Origin: Octopus sinensis
Taxonomy: Eukaryota
Direction of reading: 5' to 3'
Length of the DNA stretch: 64,000 nucleotides
NCBI RefSeq assembly: GCF_006345805.1
Contig: NC_043003.1
Span: 29,574,001 to 29,638,000, forward strand
Shown here one piece after another: positions 37,864 through 52,299 of the stretch. The notes beneath the pieces were generated by a model that ran no database searches, was not told the origin of the DNA, and was given only the letters and a program-made list of their open reading frames with translations. The translations under genes and the position numbers were made by a program. Numbering within the stretch: position 1 is the first letter of the stretch; each line of letters begins with the position of its first letter.

Positions 37864-38402
37864 ATTTATACATATTGATATGAATTGATGGTATGTGTGT
37901 GATGATGTCATGTATGAGTAGTGATATATCTTTTGGTGTACAAAGTCTGTGTATCTTTGTGCATTTGTCTGTGTATATTTGTATGGTGGTAGTGGTGCTG
38001 ATGTGTGTGTGTGTGTGTGTGCGTGTGTCTCGATATATTTACATGAGCTTGAGATATGTGTGTGGGATGATGTAATGCATATATGTGTGTATGTATTTGT
38101 CGATATACAACATGTGAGTGTCTTTGTGAATTTGGCTGTGTATATTTGCTTAGTGATGATGGTTACATGTGTGTCTGTCTATGTGTATGTCTGTGATTGC
38201 GTTTGTGTGTGTATGTGTGTGTCTGTGTCTTTACGTGTGGGTAATCAATGCATTGAAATGGAATGCAAATGTTATAAGTTACTATTATCAGATCAACTAT
38301 TTTTCACTTAATTTAATTTCAGTATTTAAAAAAGGCATAGGTTTGTTTCACAAACACTCTCATAAAATTTCACTTACACACACACACAAACATACAAACA
38401 CA

Positions 38403-38441
<39 letters not shown>

Positions 38442-38586
38442 GTATGCATACGTACATAGATACATACTTGAATACATGCATGCATACATAACATACATAC
38501 ATACATACATACATACATACATACATGTATATCTACATTTATTTTCAAATCATTTTATATGAATGAAAAGTCACTGAGCTCTCTGA

Positions 38587-38650
<64 letters not shown>

Positions 38651-38689
38651 TGTGTAATACTTGTCATAGCAGCATCATTGTCAACTGCA

Positions 38690-39630
38690 ACAAAGTCAAA
38701 AGAAATGCATTAGAGAGAAGAAGATATAGATGTATTGCAATTGTTACACCAGTTAATGAATGGGGCAGAAAGCAATATTGCTATGATTCAATTTATTAGA
38801 AAGAGAATTAACCTAGATGAGATGCAGTTCCACTTTGTGCCAGAAAGGTGTACTATTAATATCATTTTCTTAGTGTGAAATATTTAGCCTGGAGCAAGCC
38901 ACAGTACCTGGCATATGTGACTCTGGAGAAAGTCCTAGACAGGTTGTTGAAGGGGTTTGGGACAGATGAATGGCTTGACAGACAAATGACTGTACAAGCC
39001 ATGTACAGAGGTGCAGTCAGTAAGGTAAGAATCAGCAATGAGTATAGCAACAAATTTAACATGAAGGTAGAGGTCCACCAAGGCTCAGTATTAAGTTTAC
39101 TTCAATTTATCATTGTCTTTCTGGTCATAACAGAGGTTTAAGGCCAACTTCCTGTCAAAACTCTGAGCTAAAGACTTAGTAGGTAGAAATTCCATTCACT
39201 GTACCAGCATAAAGTATGAATGTATAAGTGATCTTGTGGAGTCATAGGCAGGCTAACAGAAAAGGAAGATTTTGTATGATGTAGATGTGCTAATAGCACT
39301 AACAGCAAATAGGCAATAAATTTTCTCAAATGCCTGGAAGGTTCCTTAGAAGTAGTTGACGGCTTCTCTTACATAGATGGCCTAATTTACAGTGAAGGTC
39401 AAAGCTCTGAAAGTATAGTAGCCAGAGTAAAAACAAGTTGAAGAAAGTTCAGGGAGTGATTAACACTACTGACAACAAAGAGTTTCCCTCTAAAAATGAA
39501 AATCAAATTGTATAATGCTTGTTTACAAACTGTGGAACAGCACAATAGTGTGACATAAGTCTTGAATACAGATTTGCAATGACTAGAAATAAATAAATCA
39601 AGCATGCTCAACAGGATGTATTATTAGTGA
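38690..39630 (+). mobile_element. Old RTE LINE fragment
   Basis: LDEMQF, KYLAWSKPQYLAYVTLEKVLDR, VEVHQGSVLSLLQF, KIKLYNACLQT. Confidence 0.8.
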
Positions 39631-39879
39631 GTGCATGAACGATGTTGTAGCTGTTGCTGTTTGAGTTGGCTGAACCTTACACGGATGCATGTACTCACTC
39701 TTACATCCTGCACATCATCTTGCTTTCTGATCTATCTATAGATTGCCACTTGTCACTTCCTTCTTCTTGAGTCATTTCTATTGTTCTCACCTTCCCCTAT
39801 CCACACTGATATTTTCCATCAATCATATTTCTACTCTTGCGAGTGAATGTAACTTCATGAATTCGACACAGGACATATC

Positions 39880-40092
39880 TCAGGTATCAGTGGCGAGGCG
39901 AGGCCCTTTGGGTCCAAATTGAACCCGCCTTCCCACTCCATCCATAATGTCTTCCGGTCTGTCCTATCATTCGATTTATTTATATTTTTGTGAATTTTTA
40001 ATGTCATCTTTATGTTATATAAATCCGTCCATCTGACCCCAATCAGATTGTATTGTCCTTTATCTATGCCCCCTTGTGGGAAATAAAAAATC
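39880..40092 (+). mobile_element. Possible LINE 3' end
   Basis: CpG-rich segment ending GCCCCCTTGTGGGAAATAAAAAATCA; family not identified. Confidence 0.3.
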
Positions 40093-40469
40093 ACTCACTA
40101 TATTCACCTTTACTCCAATCTCTAACAATCTGTTACTCTCCTTTCACACTCTCATGAAATTATCCTCTCTCTTTCTCTCTCTCTCTCTCTTTCTCGTAAT
40201 TTTTTGTTGTCTACATATAGCTGCAAAAGTTTTGTCCAGGTAATGAATGACTGAAACCATGTAAGCCACTGAGGAGATATAACAATACCAAAACGTGTAT
40301 CTGGTAGACTCTGGTAGTCCATTCACATCATCTAGAGACCAGCTTGATATAATTTTACACACAAAATCTAGAAGGAGGAATTTTTCTCTAAGACAAGAGC
40401 TCACAACATACATGTACAACAGTGTATAAAATTTAAATGTAAAATATAAATATACTCATCATCTACTAC

Positions 40470-41317
40470 ATATGTGGGAAATTCTGTCTGTGGGTGTGTT
40501 TGTGGAGTTGTTAGCTAAATCCTTCTACATCATTTTATTGATTTTGATGAAACTTGATACATGAGTAGAACTCATGTCTGGAAACCACATGGCATATTCA
40601 GATTATTGAAAAAATCAATAAAAAGATCCCTGGAAGGGATCCTTATATATCTCTAATATATTTCATTTTAACAATCAAGGGAAATAACCCATTAATTTTC
40701 CTAAATCATTTGGTATAAATCAAATTGAGTATGCTTATTTCTTAGTATTTGAACTATTAGAGTTATTTTCACAATTTATTCAGTACAACCCTTAAACAAG
40801 CAAATAGTATTTTCCTAAACAATAGATCCACTTATTTTGGTTTGTGACTTATTCATGAATATACCAACACTAGCACTGCGGAGGGGAATATTCTCTAGGA
40901 ATATGCAAAAGCCCTTTTCAAAGTTATTTACTTTGAATTGTTATTATCTCATATTTGATTAGCCTGTTATTATGTAACATGATTCATGATTTTAGTATAC
41001 ATACCTTTTTAGTATTTCCTCCTAAGTTCTATATACTCTGGGAAAGCCATTTAATGCATTATAATATCCTTACTATCGGGTAACTAATTTCATGTTATTA
41101 CATAACTGACTTCACAATTTGGGTATCCATAACTTATTGGGAATTCCTGAAAACAAGATCCTGTGTAAGATAGTTCGGTATTCTCTGTAAATGCACAAAA
41201 ACAGTTCTAAGGGCTATATACTTTGTATTGTTGTTATTGGATTAGCAAAACAATTATGAGAACAGAACCAAGGAATAAACCCCACTTTCCCGGGAATTAC
41301 CGGGTGTGTCAGCTAGT
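40470..41317 (+). mobile_element. Non-autonomous Helitron/Helentron (HINE/DINE-like)
   Basis: 3' hairpin CCCGG-GAATTA-CCGGG followed within about 9 nt by CTAGT; 5' TCTGTCTGT and GATTTTGATGAAACTT motifs; 5' boundary uncertain. Confidence 0.5.
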
Positions 41318-41481
41318 TAATATAATATATATGTATGAGCATATTAATATATATATGTATGTGTATGTGTATATGAACACACACATATATATGTATGTAA
41401 TGTATGTATTGTATGTATGGATGTATGAATACATGTATGTATGTATGTATGTATGTATGTATGTATGTATGTATGTATGTA

Positions 41482-42000
41482 CAACAATACCTCACTTTAT
41501 GAGGACTCTCTTTATGAGACCCCAGGCTTACTAGTTTTATTTTTCAAGCACAAGATTCAAATTTTGAATGAAATGCAAAAGTTTCTACAGCCATAACAAA
41601 TGCTTCTGCATGTTACTGAGAAATTTATAGAGCGTGAAAAAAGCTTCTTCTAAGCAAACAACTCTAGACTTGTTTTTTAAAAAGAAATTTACAAGTTTGT
41701 CTACAAGTGCTTGTGAATTGGCAATCCTATCTACAAGTGATTATAATAATATAAGATGATTTCAATAATAATAACATTTTTTATTATAAATGGTCTTGAC
41801 ATTCCTTTTACTTTACATAAAATATTCTTCACCATTCTCCTGTTGTTTTTTATTATAAAATTTATAAGTAAAATATTTTTCTGAGAACGAATTATGATTT
41901 ATAACATTGTTACCATGGGAAATTATTGCTCTGCTTTATGAGTTTTTGCTTTATGAGCAATCTCTAGGAACAAATTAACTCGTATTTTGAGGCATTACCG
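41482..42000. mobile_element. pogo/Tigger-like non-autonomous element
   Basis: TA-CAACAATACCTCACTTTATGAG ... CTCGTATTTTGAGGCATTACCG-TA, imperfect TIRs. Confidence 0.5.
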
Positions 42001-42042
42001 TATATATATATGTGTGTGTGTGTGTGGTGTCTGTGTGTGTGT

Positions 42043-42081
<39 letters not shown>

Positions 42082-42181
42082 TGTGTGTATTATGTATGTA
42101 TGTAATAATTGTATACATATATAGCTATTTCTCTCTCTTCCCTCGCTCTCTCTTTCTATATATGTGTGTGTATTATAAAAT

Positions 42182-42232
<51 letters not shown>

Positions 42233-42667
42233 CAACTTAACCTTTAAAGGTATTTTTTAATATGCTGGCCATTGATAGAATTTTCGAATTTTTTATTAGA
42301 CATATATATATGCATGTCTGTTTGAATGAACAGATAGGTCAACATGTAATTTTTTTAAAGTCTAACTTTTTCACTGATGATATTTTGCTCATAACTTATA
42401 AATGCAAATTTAATGCACAAATTTGTAATTTATTCAATGAGTGCAAATGGAAACAGCTGTAGAAAGAACTCATTATCAATTTATTAATTGATAAATAGAT
42501 ATTAGCCACTAACTCTCCATTTTCTTCTCTTAATTTGATATGAATTATATACCTAATATATACCTGTTGATTTAGGAAAATTTTATTTCCCAAATACATA
42601 AGGTATGGAACCAATGTTTTCTTGAATATAATCATCCTTTTAAGGGATTAATATATCCTCTAATTAA

Positions 42668-42702
<35 letters not shown>

Positions 42703-42770
42703 CATATATATATAGCAATAACTTCTCTAAACGAGATATGACAGTAACTGCTCCAATGGCTAATGTCCCC

Positions 42771-42811
<41 letters not shown>

Positions 42812-42937
42812 AGTTGAATTAAGCAAACACTAATATGAGAGAGATTTCTTTAAGTATTAGAAATAGCTTTTAAAAGTTTTTTAGCTGCTATTTCTAATGA
42901 GTTCAGTATGCGGCAAGTAATTTATTTTACTAAGCCC

Positions 42938-42979
<42 letters not shown>

Positions 42980-42983
<4 letters not shown>

Positions 42984-43190
42984 GAAGGGATGCTGAAAAG
43001 TTCCTGGCTTAAAGACATTGCAAAAGGCCTGGTTGGTACCCCAACTTTCCGAGTTCTTTTACAAGGCTTAGAAAAACTGAAGGACTGCTGCAAAATGTAT
43101 GTGAATCTGAGAGAGGAATATGTTGAATTAAATCATAATTAACTGATCCTCTTGTATTTTCTTTTACCTGAAACCAGGAACTTTTTTAAC
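42980..43190 (+). mobile_element. Mariner-derived MITE
   Basis: CGAAGGGATGCTGAAAAGTTCCTGGCTT pairs partly with AAACCAGGAACTTTTT; internal remnant of a transposase C-terminus (GEYVE*). Confidence 0.6.
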
Positions 43191-43194
43191 ATAT

Positions 43195-44330
43195 ACAAGG
43201 GGCACCCAAAAGAAGCTGGAATTTTGCAATATTGTTTTATTCACTTAGATTTACATGTTTACAATTTTATCACCTTCAAAGTATTCATCCTCTGAAGCAA
43301 TGCATCAGTCCAGACCTGTTTTCCACCATTCGAAGCAGTTCTGAAACAGTTGTGAATTGATGCCTTTTTTTTTTTTCACCTCTTCCACATCTACAAAACG
43401 CTTTCCTTTAAGAACTTTTTTAATTTGGAGGAACAAAAGATGCTGCAGGGGGCAAGATCAGGTGAATAGGGAGGGTGGGTAAGTGGAGGTCATGCTATTT
43501 TTAGTCAAAAACTGTCACACTCAAGGTGGTGTCCACAGGCAAATTGTTGGGATGAAACCACCACTCTCCACTTTGCAACAGGTTGTGGCATTTTCATCTC
43601 ACCACATCCCGCAAACACTTCAGAACTGCTAAGTAAAATGTCAGCTTAACAGTTTGACCAGGAAGAACAAATTCAGTGTGGACAATTTCTTTTGCATCAA
43701 TGAAACAAATGAGCATTGTCTTGACAATGGAATTCACTTGACATGCTGTTTTGGGGCATGGTGGCATTGAATGCTTCCAGTGACTTGATTGCTGCTTTGT
43801 TTCTGGGTTGTAGCCATAGCACCACTTTTCACAACCAGTAATGACTTTTGAATAAAGGTCCAGATCAACATCCAACTGTTCTTTCAGTTCATGACATGCA
43901 TTCAGTCATGATTGCTTTTGATCTTCCTTGAGCAAGCGGGGCACAATTTTGCAACCACTCAATTCATTTGCAATTCCTGACTCAAAATTCATTGGCAGGA
44001 GCTCCAGGTCATACCAGTCATATCAACAAGGTCATCAATTGCCTGGCGACAGTCCTCCAAAATCAGTTCATGAATTTTTGTGATGTTTCCATTCATTCAG
44101 GATCAGCAAGTGACAAGTGACCATTCCTAAAGCCTGAAAACCATTTGTAAACTTGTGTTTTGCACATGGCAGCATCCTTGTAAGTTGTTTGAAGCATGAA
44201 AACTGTTTTAGCTGCTGTTTTTCCCAGAAGAAAACAAACAGAATTTCATGGAAGCATGCTGCTTCTTCATTTCAGCCATTGAAAAAATCGATGAACAGGG
44301 GGAGAAGCACTGCAAAACAAAGACACACCA
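43195..44330 (-). mobile_element. Mariner (mellifera-like) transposase remnant
   Basis: SKVITGCEKWCYGYNPETKQQSSHWK...KTMLICFIDAKEIVHTEFV...; C-terminal CIASEDEYFEGD; only the 3' end is recognisable. Confidence 0.85.
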
Positions 44331-44430
44331 CGTGACAGTACAATTTCACATGATGATGCTAGTTGGCAAACTGATACCTGAGGGTCACATCAAGTAGCTT
44401 GTAGTGGTGGAAGCCTGAATGTATGTACTA

Positions 44431-44567
44431 TATATATCTATATGTGCATGTGTACATGTATAACACACACATACAGTCCCACCCACTTAGGATTTCGCTT
44501 CAAGAATCTTGAAAGACAAATACAAATATAAATACAAGCATGTACATACATACATACATATACATAC

Positions 44568-44614
<47 letters not shown>

Positions 44615-44899
44615 TACACACGCACATACACACACAAAGGCAAATACATTAAAGTATATTTCTATCGTTACCCTATCTAACTACACACCCACAGATAACA
44701 CTAATTGATGTTAATATTTTGTATGCGTGCACGTGCGCGCGTGTATATGTTTGTGTGTGTTTGTCTTTTGATGTATGTATATATGTTCTGTGCTGTATAC
44801 AAGTTTGTAGTTATATGTCTGTATCCACGTTTACATATGAGTACATATATATGTATTCATATCTGTTTGTATGCATATCTATGCATGTGTGCGTGTATG

Positions 44900-44938
<39 letters not shown>

Positions 44939-45365
44939 TATATAGAGAGAGAGAGAGTGACATATATATATAGACATCATATATATATATACACATATAT
45001 ACACGTATACACACGTATATACACAGAGAAGGCTTCCACTTTTGGATACACCTTCATAATGCATATACACTCACACGTACACACATGTGTATGTGTGTGG
45101 GGGGGGAGTGGGATGTGAGGGTGTGTGGATGTGGGTGGATGTGGATAGGTGTGTGGTGTGTGGTATTTTGCTTGTGTCTCCTTGTCTTGATGATAGTTGT
45201 AAACATGCATCACCATCATACAAGCAGTCATTCATTTGCCACCTTGTATGAAAATATTTCAAATTACAAGAATATTACTTCATTGGAAACCAATACGGAT
45301 CAACAAAAGGGCAGCTGGTCATTGAGATATACCACATGGCAAAGCTGACATTAAGCAATGAATAT
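44431..45365. repeat. Segment U, present again as inverted pieces
   Basis: Reverse complements at 45665-46100, 47665-47776 and 50466-50939. Confidence 0.9.
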
Positions 45366-45371
45366 ATATAT

Positions 45372-45417
<46 letters not shown>

Positions 45418-46069
45418 TATATATATACATAAAATATATATATAAAGCAATGAATATATATATTATGTATGTATATATATATATATATATATATATACAC
45501 TATATATATAAAGCAATGAATATATATATATTGTATGTATAATATATATATAATATATCTATCATATATATATATTATATACAACAATATAATATATTCA
45601 TTGCTTTATATGATATTGTATGTATATATATAATATATATATATAGATATATATACAATATATATATATTCATTGCTTTAATGTCAGCTTTTCCATGTGG
45701 TATAATCTCAATGACCAGCTGCCCTTTTGTTGATCCGTATTGGTTTCCAATGAAAGTAATATTCCTTGTAATTTGAAATATTTTCATACAAGGTGGCAAA
45801 TGAATGACTGCTTGTATGATGGTGATGCATGTTTACAACTATCATCAAGACAAGGAGACACAAGCACAAATACACACACACACACACCTATCCACATCCA
45901 CCCACATCCACACACCCTCACATCCACACTCCCCCCCCACACACATACACATGTGTGTACGTGTGAGTGTATATGCATATATGAAGGTGTATCCAAAAGT
46001 GGAAGCCTTCTCTGTGTATATACGTGTATATACGTGTATATATATATGTATGTCTATATATATATGTCG

Positions 46070-46112
<43 letters not shown>

Positions 46113-46145
46113 ATATATATATATCTACTATATAATATATATATA

Positions 46146-47473
46146 CCATCCGATCGTAGCCGTTCGCCAGCCTCATCTGGCACCTGTGTCGTTGGCACAT
46201 AAAAACACCATCCGAAGACCCGGCAAGACTAGTCAGGCCATAACCCGTGGCCCCTACCTGGGACGTAGTCAGTCCACCTGTGCATACCTTCCTTCTTGTG
46301 ACACTTGTGAAGACCTGTTGAGGCAAGTGAAAATCAAAACAAATCAAAATAGATGAACATCAATGGAATTTGGTACCAGTGCCGGTGGCACACAAGAAAA
46401 CCATCCGAACGTGGCCGTAGCCAGTACCGCATCGACTGGCCTCCGTGCTGTGGGCACATAACAAACACCATCCGATCGTGGCCGTTCGCCAGCCTCATCT
46501 GGCACCTGTGTCGGTGGCACATAAAAACACCATCCGAAGACCCGGCAAGACTAGTCAGGCCATAACCCGGCCCCTACCTGGGATGTAGTCAGTCCACCTG
46601 TGCATACCTTCCTTCCTTCTTGTGACACTTGTGAAGACCTGTTGAGGCAAGAAAATCAAATCAAAACAAATGAAAATAGATGAACATCAATGGAATTTGT
46701 ATCTTTGTGGTACCAGTGCCTCCGTGCTGGCCTCCGTGCTGTGGGCACGTAACAAACACCATCCGATTGTGGCCGTTCGCCAGCCTCATCTGGTACCTGT
46801 GTCGGTGGCACATAAAAACACCATCCGAGCGTAGCCGTCTGCCAGCCTCGTCTGGCACCTGTGTCGGTGGCACATAAAAAACACCATTCGTGCGTGGCCG
46901 TGCATACCTTCCTTCCTTCTTGTGACACTTGTGATGACCTGTGAAGACCTGTTGAGGCAAGTGAAAATCAAATCAAATCAAATCAAAACAAATCAAAATA
47001 GATGAACATCAATGGAATTTGTATCTTTGTGGTACCAGTGCCGGTGGCACACAAGAAAACCATCCGAACGTGGCGGTAGCCGGTACCGCATCGACTGGCC
47101 TCCGTGCTGTGGGCACGTAACATCCGATCGTGGCCGTTCGCCAGCCTCATCTGGCACCTGTGTCAGTGGCACATAAAAACACCATCCGAGCGTGGCCGTC
47201 TGCCAGCCTCGTCTGGCACCTGTGTCGGCACATAAAAAACACCATCCGAGCGTGGCCGTTTGCCAGCCTCGTCTGGCACCTGTGTCGGTGGCACATAAAA
47301 TCACCCACTACACTCTCGGAGTGGTTGGCGTTAGGAAGGGCATCCAGCTGTAGAAACACTGCCAGATCTGACTGGCCTGGTGCAGCCTTCGGGCTCCCCA
47401 GACTCCAGTTGAACCGTCCAACCCATGCTAGCATGGAAAGCGGACGTTAAATGATGATGATGATGGTGATGAT
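46146..47473 (+). mobile_element. RTE 3' UTR with expanded internal tandem array
   Basis: Repeated GGTGGCACATAAAAACACCATCCGA units and about 320-bp higher-order blocks, ending in the standard RTE tail and (GAT)n. Confidence 0.88.
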
Positions 47474-47498
47474 ATATATATATATATATATATTATAA

Positions 47499-47630
<132 letters not shown>

Positions 47631-47772
47631 ATATATATAATATATATATACATACATATATATATATTCATTGCTTTAATGTCAGCTTTTCCATGTGGTA
47701 TAATCTCAATGACCAGCTGCCCTTTTGCTGATCCGTATTGGTTCCAATGAAAGTAATATTCCTTGTAATTTG

Positions 47773-47817
<45 letters not shown>

Positions 47818-47965
47818 TAGAGATAAAACCACTATTAGGCAAATCAAACAGTGAAAAACATAAGCCAATACATAAAATTAATTTTAAAATATAAAAGTTA
47901 AAAATTTAAAAATTATTGAAATAATTTAAACTTATAAATTTTAAATATATATATACAAATATATA

Positions 47966-48003
<38 letters not shown>

Positions 48004-48327
48004 GATATAAATAATATATATAATACATATATATATGTACATACCTACATATATATGTATATATAAATGCATATATGGGTACAAGACGTCAATAAAACAT
48101 GAACAAAATGAAGTACCCATATATGCATATATGTATACATATATATGTAGGTATGTACATATATGTATGTATATATGCATTATTATATGTATAATATATA
48201 TATCATCATACTTGGAAATGGATGCGTGGCGTTCAATCATATAATAATATAAATAATATACATTATGTGTGTTGTGTATTATTTATATTATTATAATGAT
48301 CGAATGCTATGCATCCATTTCCAAGTG

Positions 48328-48412
<85 letters not shown>

Positions 48413-48462
48413 ATATATATATGTATATATATATATGTATATATATATATGTTATATATATA

Positions 48463-49744
48463 TTGGATCATCCCATAAATAATGCGGTTTTTTCAATTGA
48501 ATGGACTAAAAGTCGGAGGGGGCAGGGGATAAACTACCTGCATGAACTTGCTATAAAAGCAAGTAGTAATTTTTCTTTATCCTTATTCTTAGTGCAAGTT
48601 TTAAAGAGTGCAGTTCAATTTGATTTTAACAGTTATTTTTTCAAAGCTATAATGGAAGTGGCAAAGGAGCATATTTTGCTTTGTGAGTTCAATAAAGGCA
48701 ATAACGCAATGGAAAGTGTGAGGAATATAAATGCAGTGTATGGGGATCGGACAATAAGCATAAACCAGTCTCAACAGTGGTTCCAGAAATTCTGAGCCAG
48801 AAACTACAGCCTAGAAGACGAACCTTGTCATGGAAGATCTGTAGCGATCAATGAAGATGTCTGCAAACCCTGATGGAAAAAAATTCCAGCATAGCTGTTG
48901 ATGAACTAGCAGAGAATCTTGGATTTGGTCATTCAATCTTTCATCAACACCTGTATACCATCAGAAAAGTCAGCAAATTGGGTCGATGGGTTCCTCACAC
49001 ATTTTCCAAGTCTAATCGCACACAGAGAGAATGTGTGCTCTTCTTTGCTGTCATGTCTCATGAATGAACCCTTTTTGAACTGAATAGTGACTAGTGATGA
49101 GAAATAGGTTCTCTATAAAAATGTCAAGCACTGAAAACAGTAGGTAGGGAAAGGAAAAACACCGGCACCCCGGGCTAAAGAAGGTCTTCACCCATGTAAG
49201 GTGTTGCTATCTGTTTGGTGGGATATGAAAGGTTTAATCCGCTTTGAGCTTTTAAACCCAAACCATATGATAACAAAGGAGATCTACTGTGAGCAGCTTG
49301 AGTGGCTTAAGTCCGCACTAGAAGAAAATGACAATCTTTGGTTTCAAAATGAAAGGTGTTCTTCCATCAGGATAATGCTTGGTCACATTCAGAGAGGATG
49401 ACGTTTGAAAGTCTGGAGCAGTTTCAATGCAAAACGATGCTCCATCCACCATATTCACTGGACATTGCCCCATCTGATTAGCATTTATTTTGTAGTCTAC
49501 AAAATTATTTGGATGGAAAAAAATATGAATTCTGTAGACAAGGTCAGAACAGTATTGGAAGAGTATTTTTCATCATGGACAAGTGAATTTTAGAAGAGGG
49601 GCCTTACAAGTCTGCTAGATAGACAGAAGAGTATTGTAGAAAATGAAAGAGAGTATATTTTAGATTAAAAAAGAACTTTGTTAATATTAATTTTGAAAGA
49701 TAAACAAAGTATAAAAAAAATGTGTTATCTATGGGATGACCCAA
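48463..49744 (+). mobile_element. Full-length decayed mariner (cecropia/Hsmar1- or mauritiana-like)
   Basis: Imperfect TIRs TTGGATCATCCCATAAATAATGCGG / ...TATGGGATGACCCAA with TA flanks; KLGRWVPHT, IVTSDEK, VLLSVWWD, FHQDNA, HPPYSLDIAPSD. Confidence 0.93.
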
Positions 49745-49745
49745 T

Positions 49746-49975
49746 ATCATCATTATCATCATCATCATCATTTAAGGTCCAAAGTCTACAATGGCATGGG
49801 TTAGACAGCTTGACCAAGGCTGGCAAGCTGGAAGGCTGCACCACACTCCAGTCTGATTTGGCATGATTTCTATAGCTGGATGCCCTTCCTAATGCCAACC
49901 ACTCCAATAGTGTAATGGGTGCTTTTACATGCCACGAGTGCCATTTACATGACACCAGTACCTGCCACAACTGTG
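49746..49975 (-). mobile_element. Solo RTE 3' tail
   Basis: (CAT)n...GGCTGCACCACACTCCAGTCTG...GGATGCCCTTCCTAATGCCAACCACT. Confidence 0.8.
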
Positions 49976-50941
49976 ATTTTACTTGGATTGATGGGTCTTC
50001 TTCTCAATACTTGGCTTAAAGGTCATGTTCTGAAACACCAAACAGAGAGGCTTGTCAAATAGTAATGTCTAGACAATATTTTTATAATCAGTATCACTAA
50101 AAAGGTATATCTAAATTTAAGTTACAATATATGGATGTAAATATTCCAGTAGTACTCATGAAAATACTCCTTTGTATGTCATTCTGCAAAACATATAGAA
50201 TATATAGTACAATACAAAAGAAAACCATTTGTTGTAATACATGAATTTTCCTGTGGTTAAATAAATTTCATTTTACTATTTCTCTCATCATTTATAACTT
50301 TATGCATTTGTGTGTGTGTGTGTGTGTGCGTGTGTGCGTATTTGTGTGTGCACGTGTGTGTATGTATTACACACCCACACACACACTCACAGTCATACAC
50401 ATGCAAATATTTATGCAAATTAAAGCATTTCTTTGTGTACAGTAAGTCATATATATACACACATAATATATACGTGTATATATATATGTATGTCTATATA
50501 TATATGTCTCTCTCTCTCTATATATATATATATACATACATACACACACACATGCATAGATATGCATACAAACAGATATGAATACATATATATGTACTCA
50601 TATGTAAACGTGGATACAGACATATAACTACAAACTTGTATATAGCACAGAACATATATACATACATCAAAAGACAAACACACACAAACACATGCGCGCG
50701 CGCGCGCGTGCACGCATTCATAATATATACATCAATTAGTGTTATCTGTGGGTGTGTAGTTAGATAGGGTAACGATAGAAATATACTTTAATGTGTGTAT
50801 GTGTGTGTATATATATATATGTATGTATGTATGTATGTACATGCTTGTATTTGTCTTTCAAGATTCTTGAAGCGAAATCCTAAGTGGGTGGGACTGTATG
50901 TGTGTGTTATACATGTACACATGCACATATAGATATATATA

Positions 50942-50985
<44 letters not shown>

Positions 50986-51485
50986 ATATATTCATATATG
51001 TATATACACACATATACATATTTGTGTGTGTGTGTGTGCATGTGCGTAGGATGGTGATGAAGAGGAGTGTTAGAAGCTTCGTTATCACACACAGGCCTCC
51101 ATTCATAGCCAATTCAGTCATGTGAAGAATGGTCAACTATCTTCAGAAGATTTCTTAACTTTCAGTTCAGTATAGTCAAAAGTTGTTGTGAGGAACACAT
51201 TCCCTGAGATAGTTTTATCAACCAGCACTCAAGATGATGGTTTATAGGTGCCAACAGTTATCCCTTTTCTTCTTGTTGGTTGTACTAACTTCCAACAGTG
51301 AGTAGACTTTTTTTGTTTTTCTTTTCGTCTTCAGCTAATACAATCATCATCATCATTGTTCTCATCAGCATCAACATTATCGTAATTGCTGTCATCTTAA
51401 TGTCCATTTTATTTTTCATACTAACATAGGTTAGATATGTTTAAAATTTAATAGATCTTGAAGGTGTGTGGGTGTATATATATGT

Positions 51486-51544
<59 letters not shown>

Positions 51545-51734
51545 GATATATATATATATATTTAGTGAAATATATATATATTTATTGAACTTCAATTATC
51601 CGCGCTAAGGCACGGTTGAGACACCCCAAGGCCGTAACTTCAACCGTGTCTTTTCTGTTGTGATTTTTGCTACCCGGGATCGGTTAAATTTTGAATAATC
51701 CTTAACAAGATAATTCATTTATCCATTTCAATAA

Positions 51735-51768
<34 letters not shown>

Positions 51769-51970
51769 ATGTATATATATAGATATATATATATATATAT
51801 ATATATCTATATATATATATATCTATATATATATATATATATATACTCATATCATATAAATGCATACACATACATACCCACAGTCAGACATGCATACAGA
51901 AACATACAAATACACATATCTATATATATATGTATGAATATATTTATGTTCTTATATATACATACACACA

Positions 51971-52010
<40 letters not shown>

Positions 52011-52097
52011 AAATATTGAATTTCTAAATCTCTCGTAGAGACATGTACGGTGGTGGGGCGTTGTACAGCGGTGGTGTACCCCCTACTGTCACATTCT

Positions 52098-52138
<41 letters not shown>

Positions 52139-52299
52139 CTGTGTGGTGTGTGGTGTGTGTATGTATATTTGTATATATATCGCCATATCACAGAGTTACA
52201 GTACTGATCAAAACATCAATTTCTGGTATACACCACTGGTTACAATTTAATTCCAATTCCATCTTGATTGCATCATTCTTTTCCATCTTGAGAATAAGG

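Noticed and set aside
46146-47300. CRISPR-like repeat-spacer array
   Set aside because: Eukaryotic context, spacers are not unique and there are no cas genes; it is an RTE 3' UTR array.
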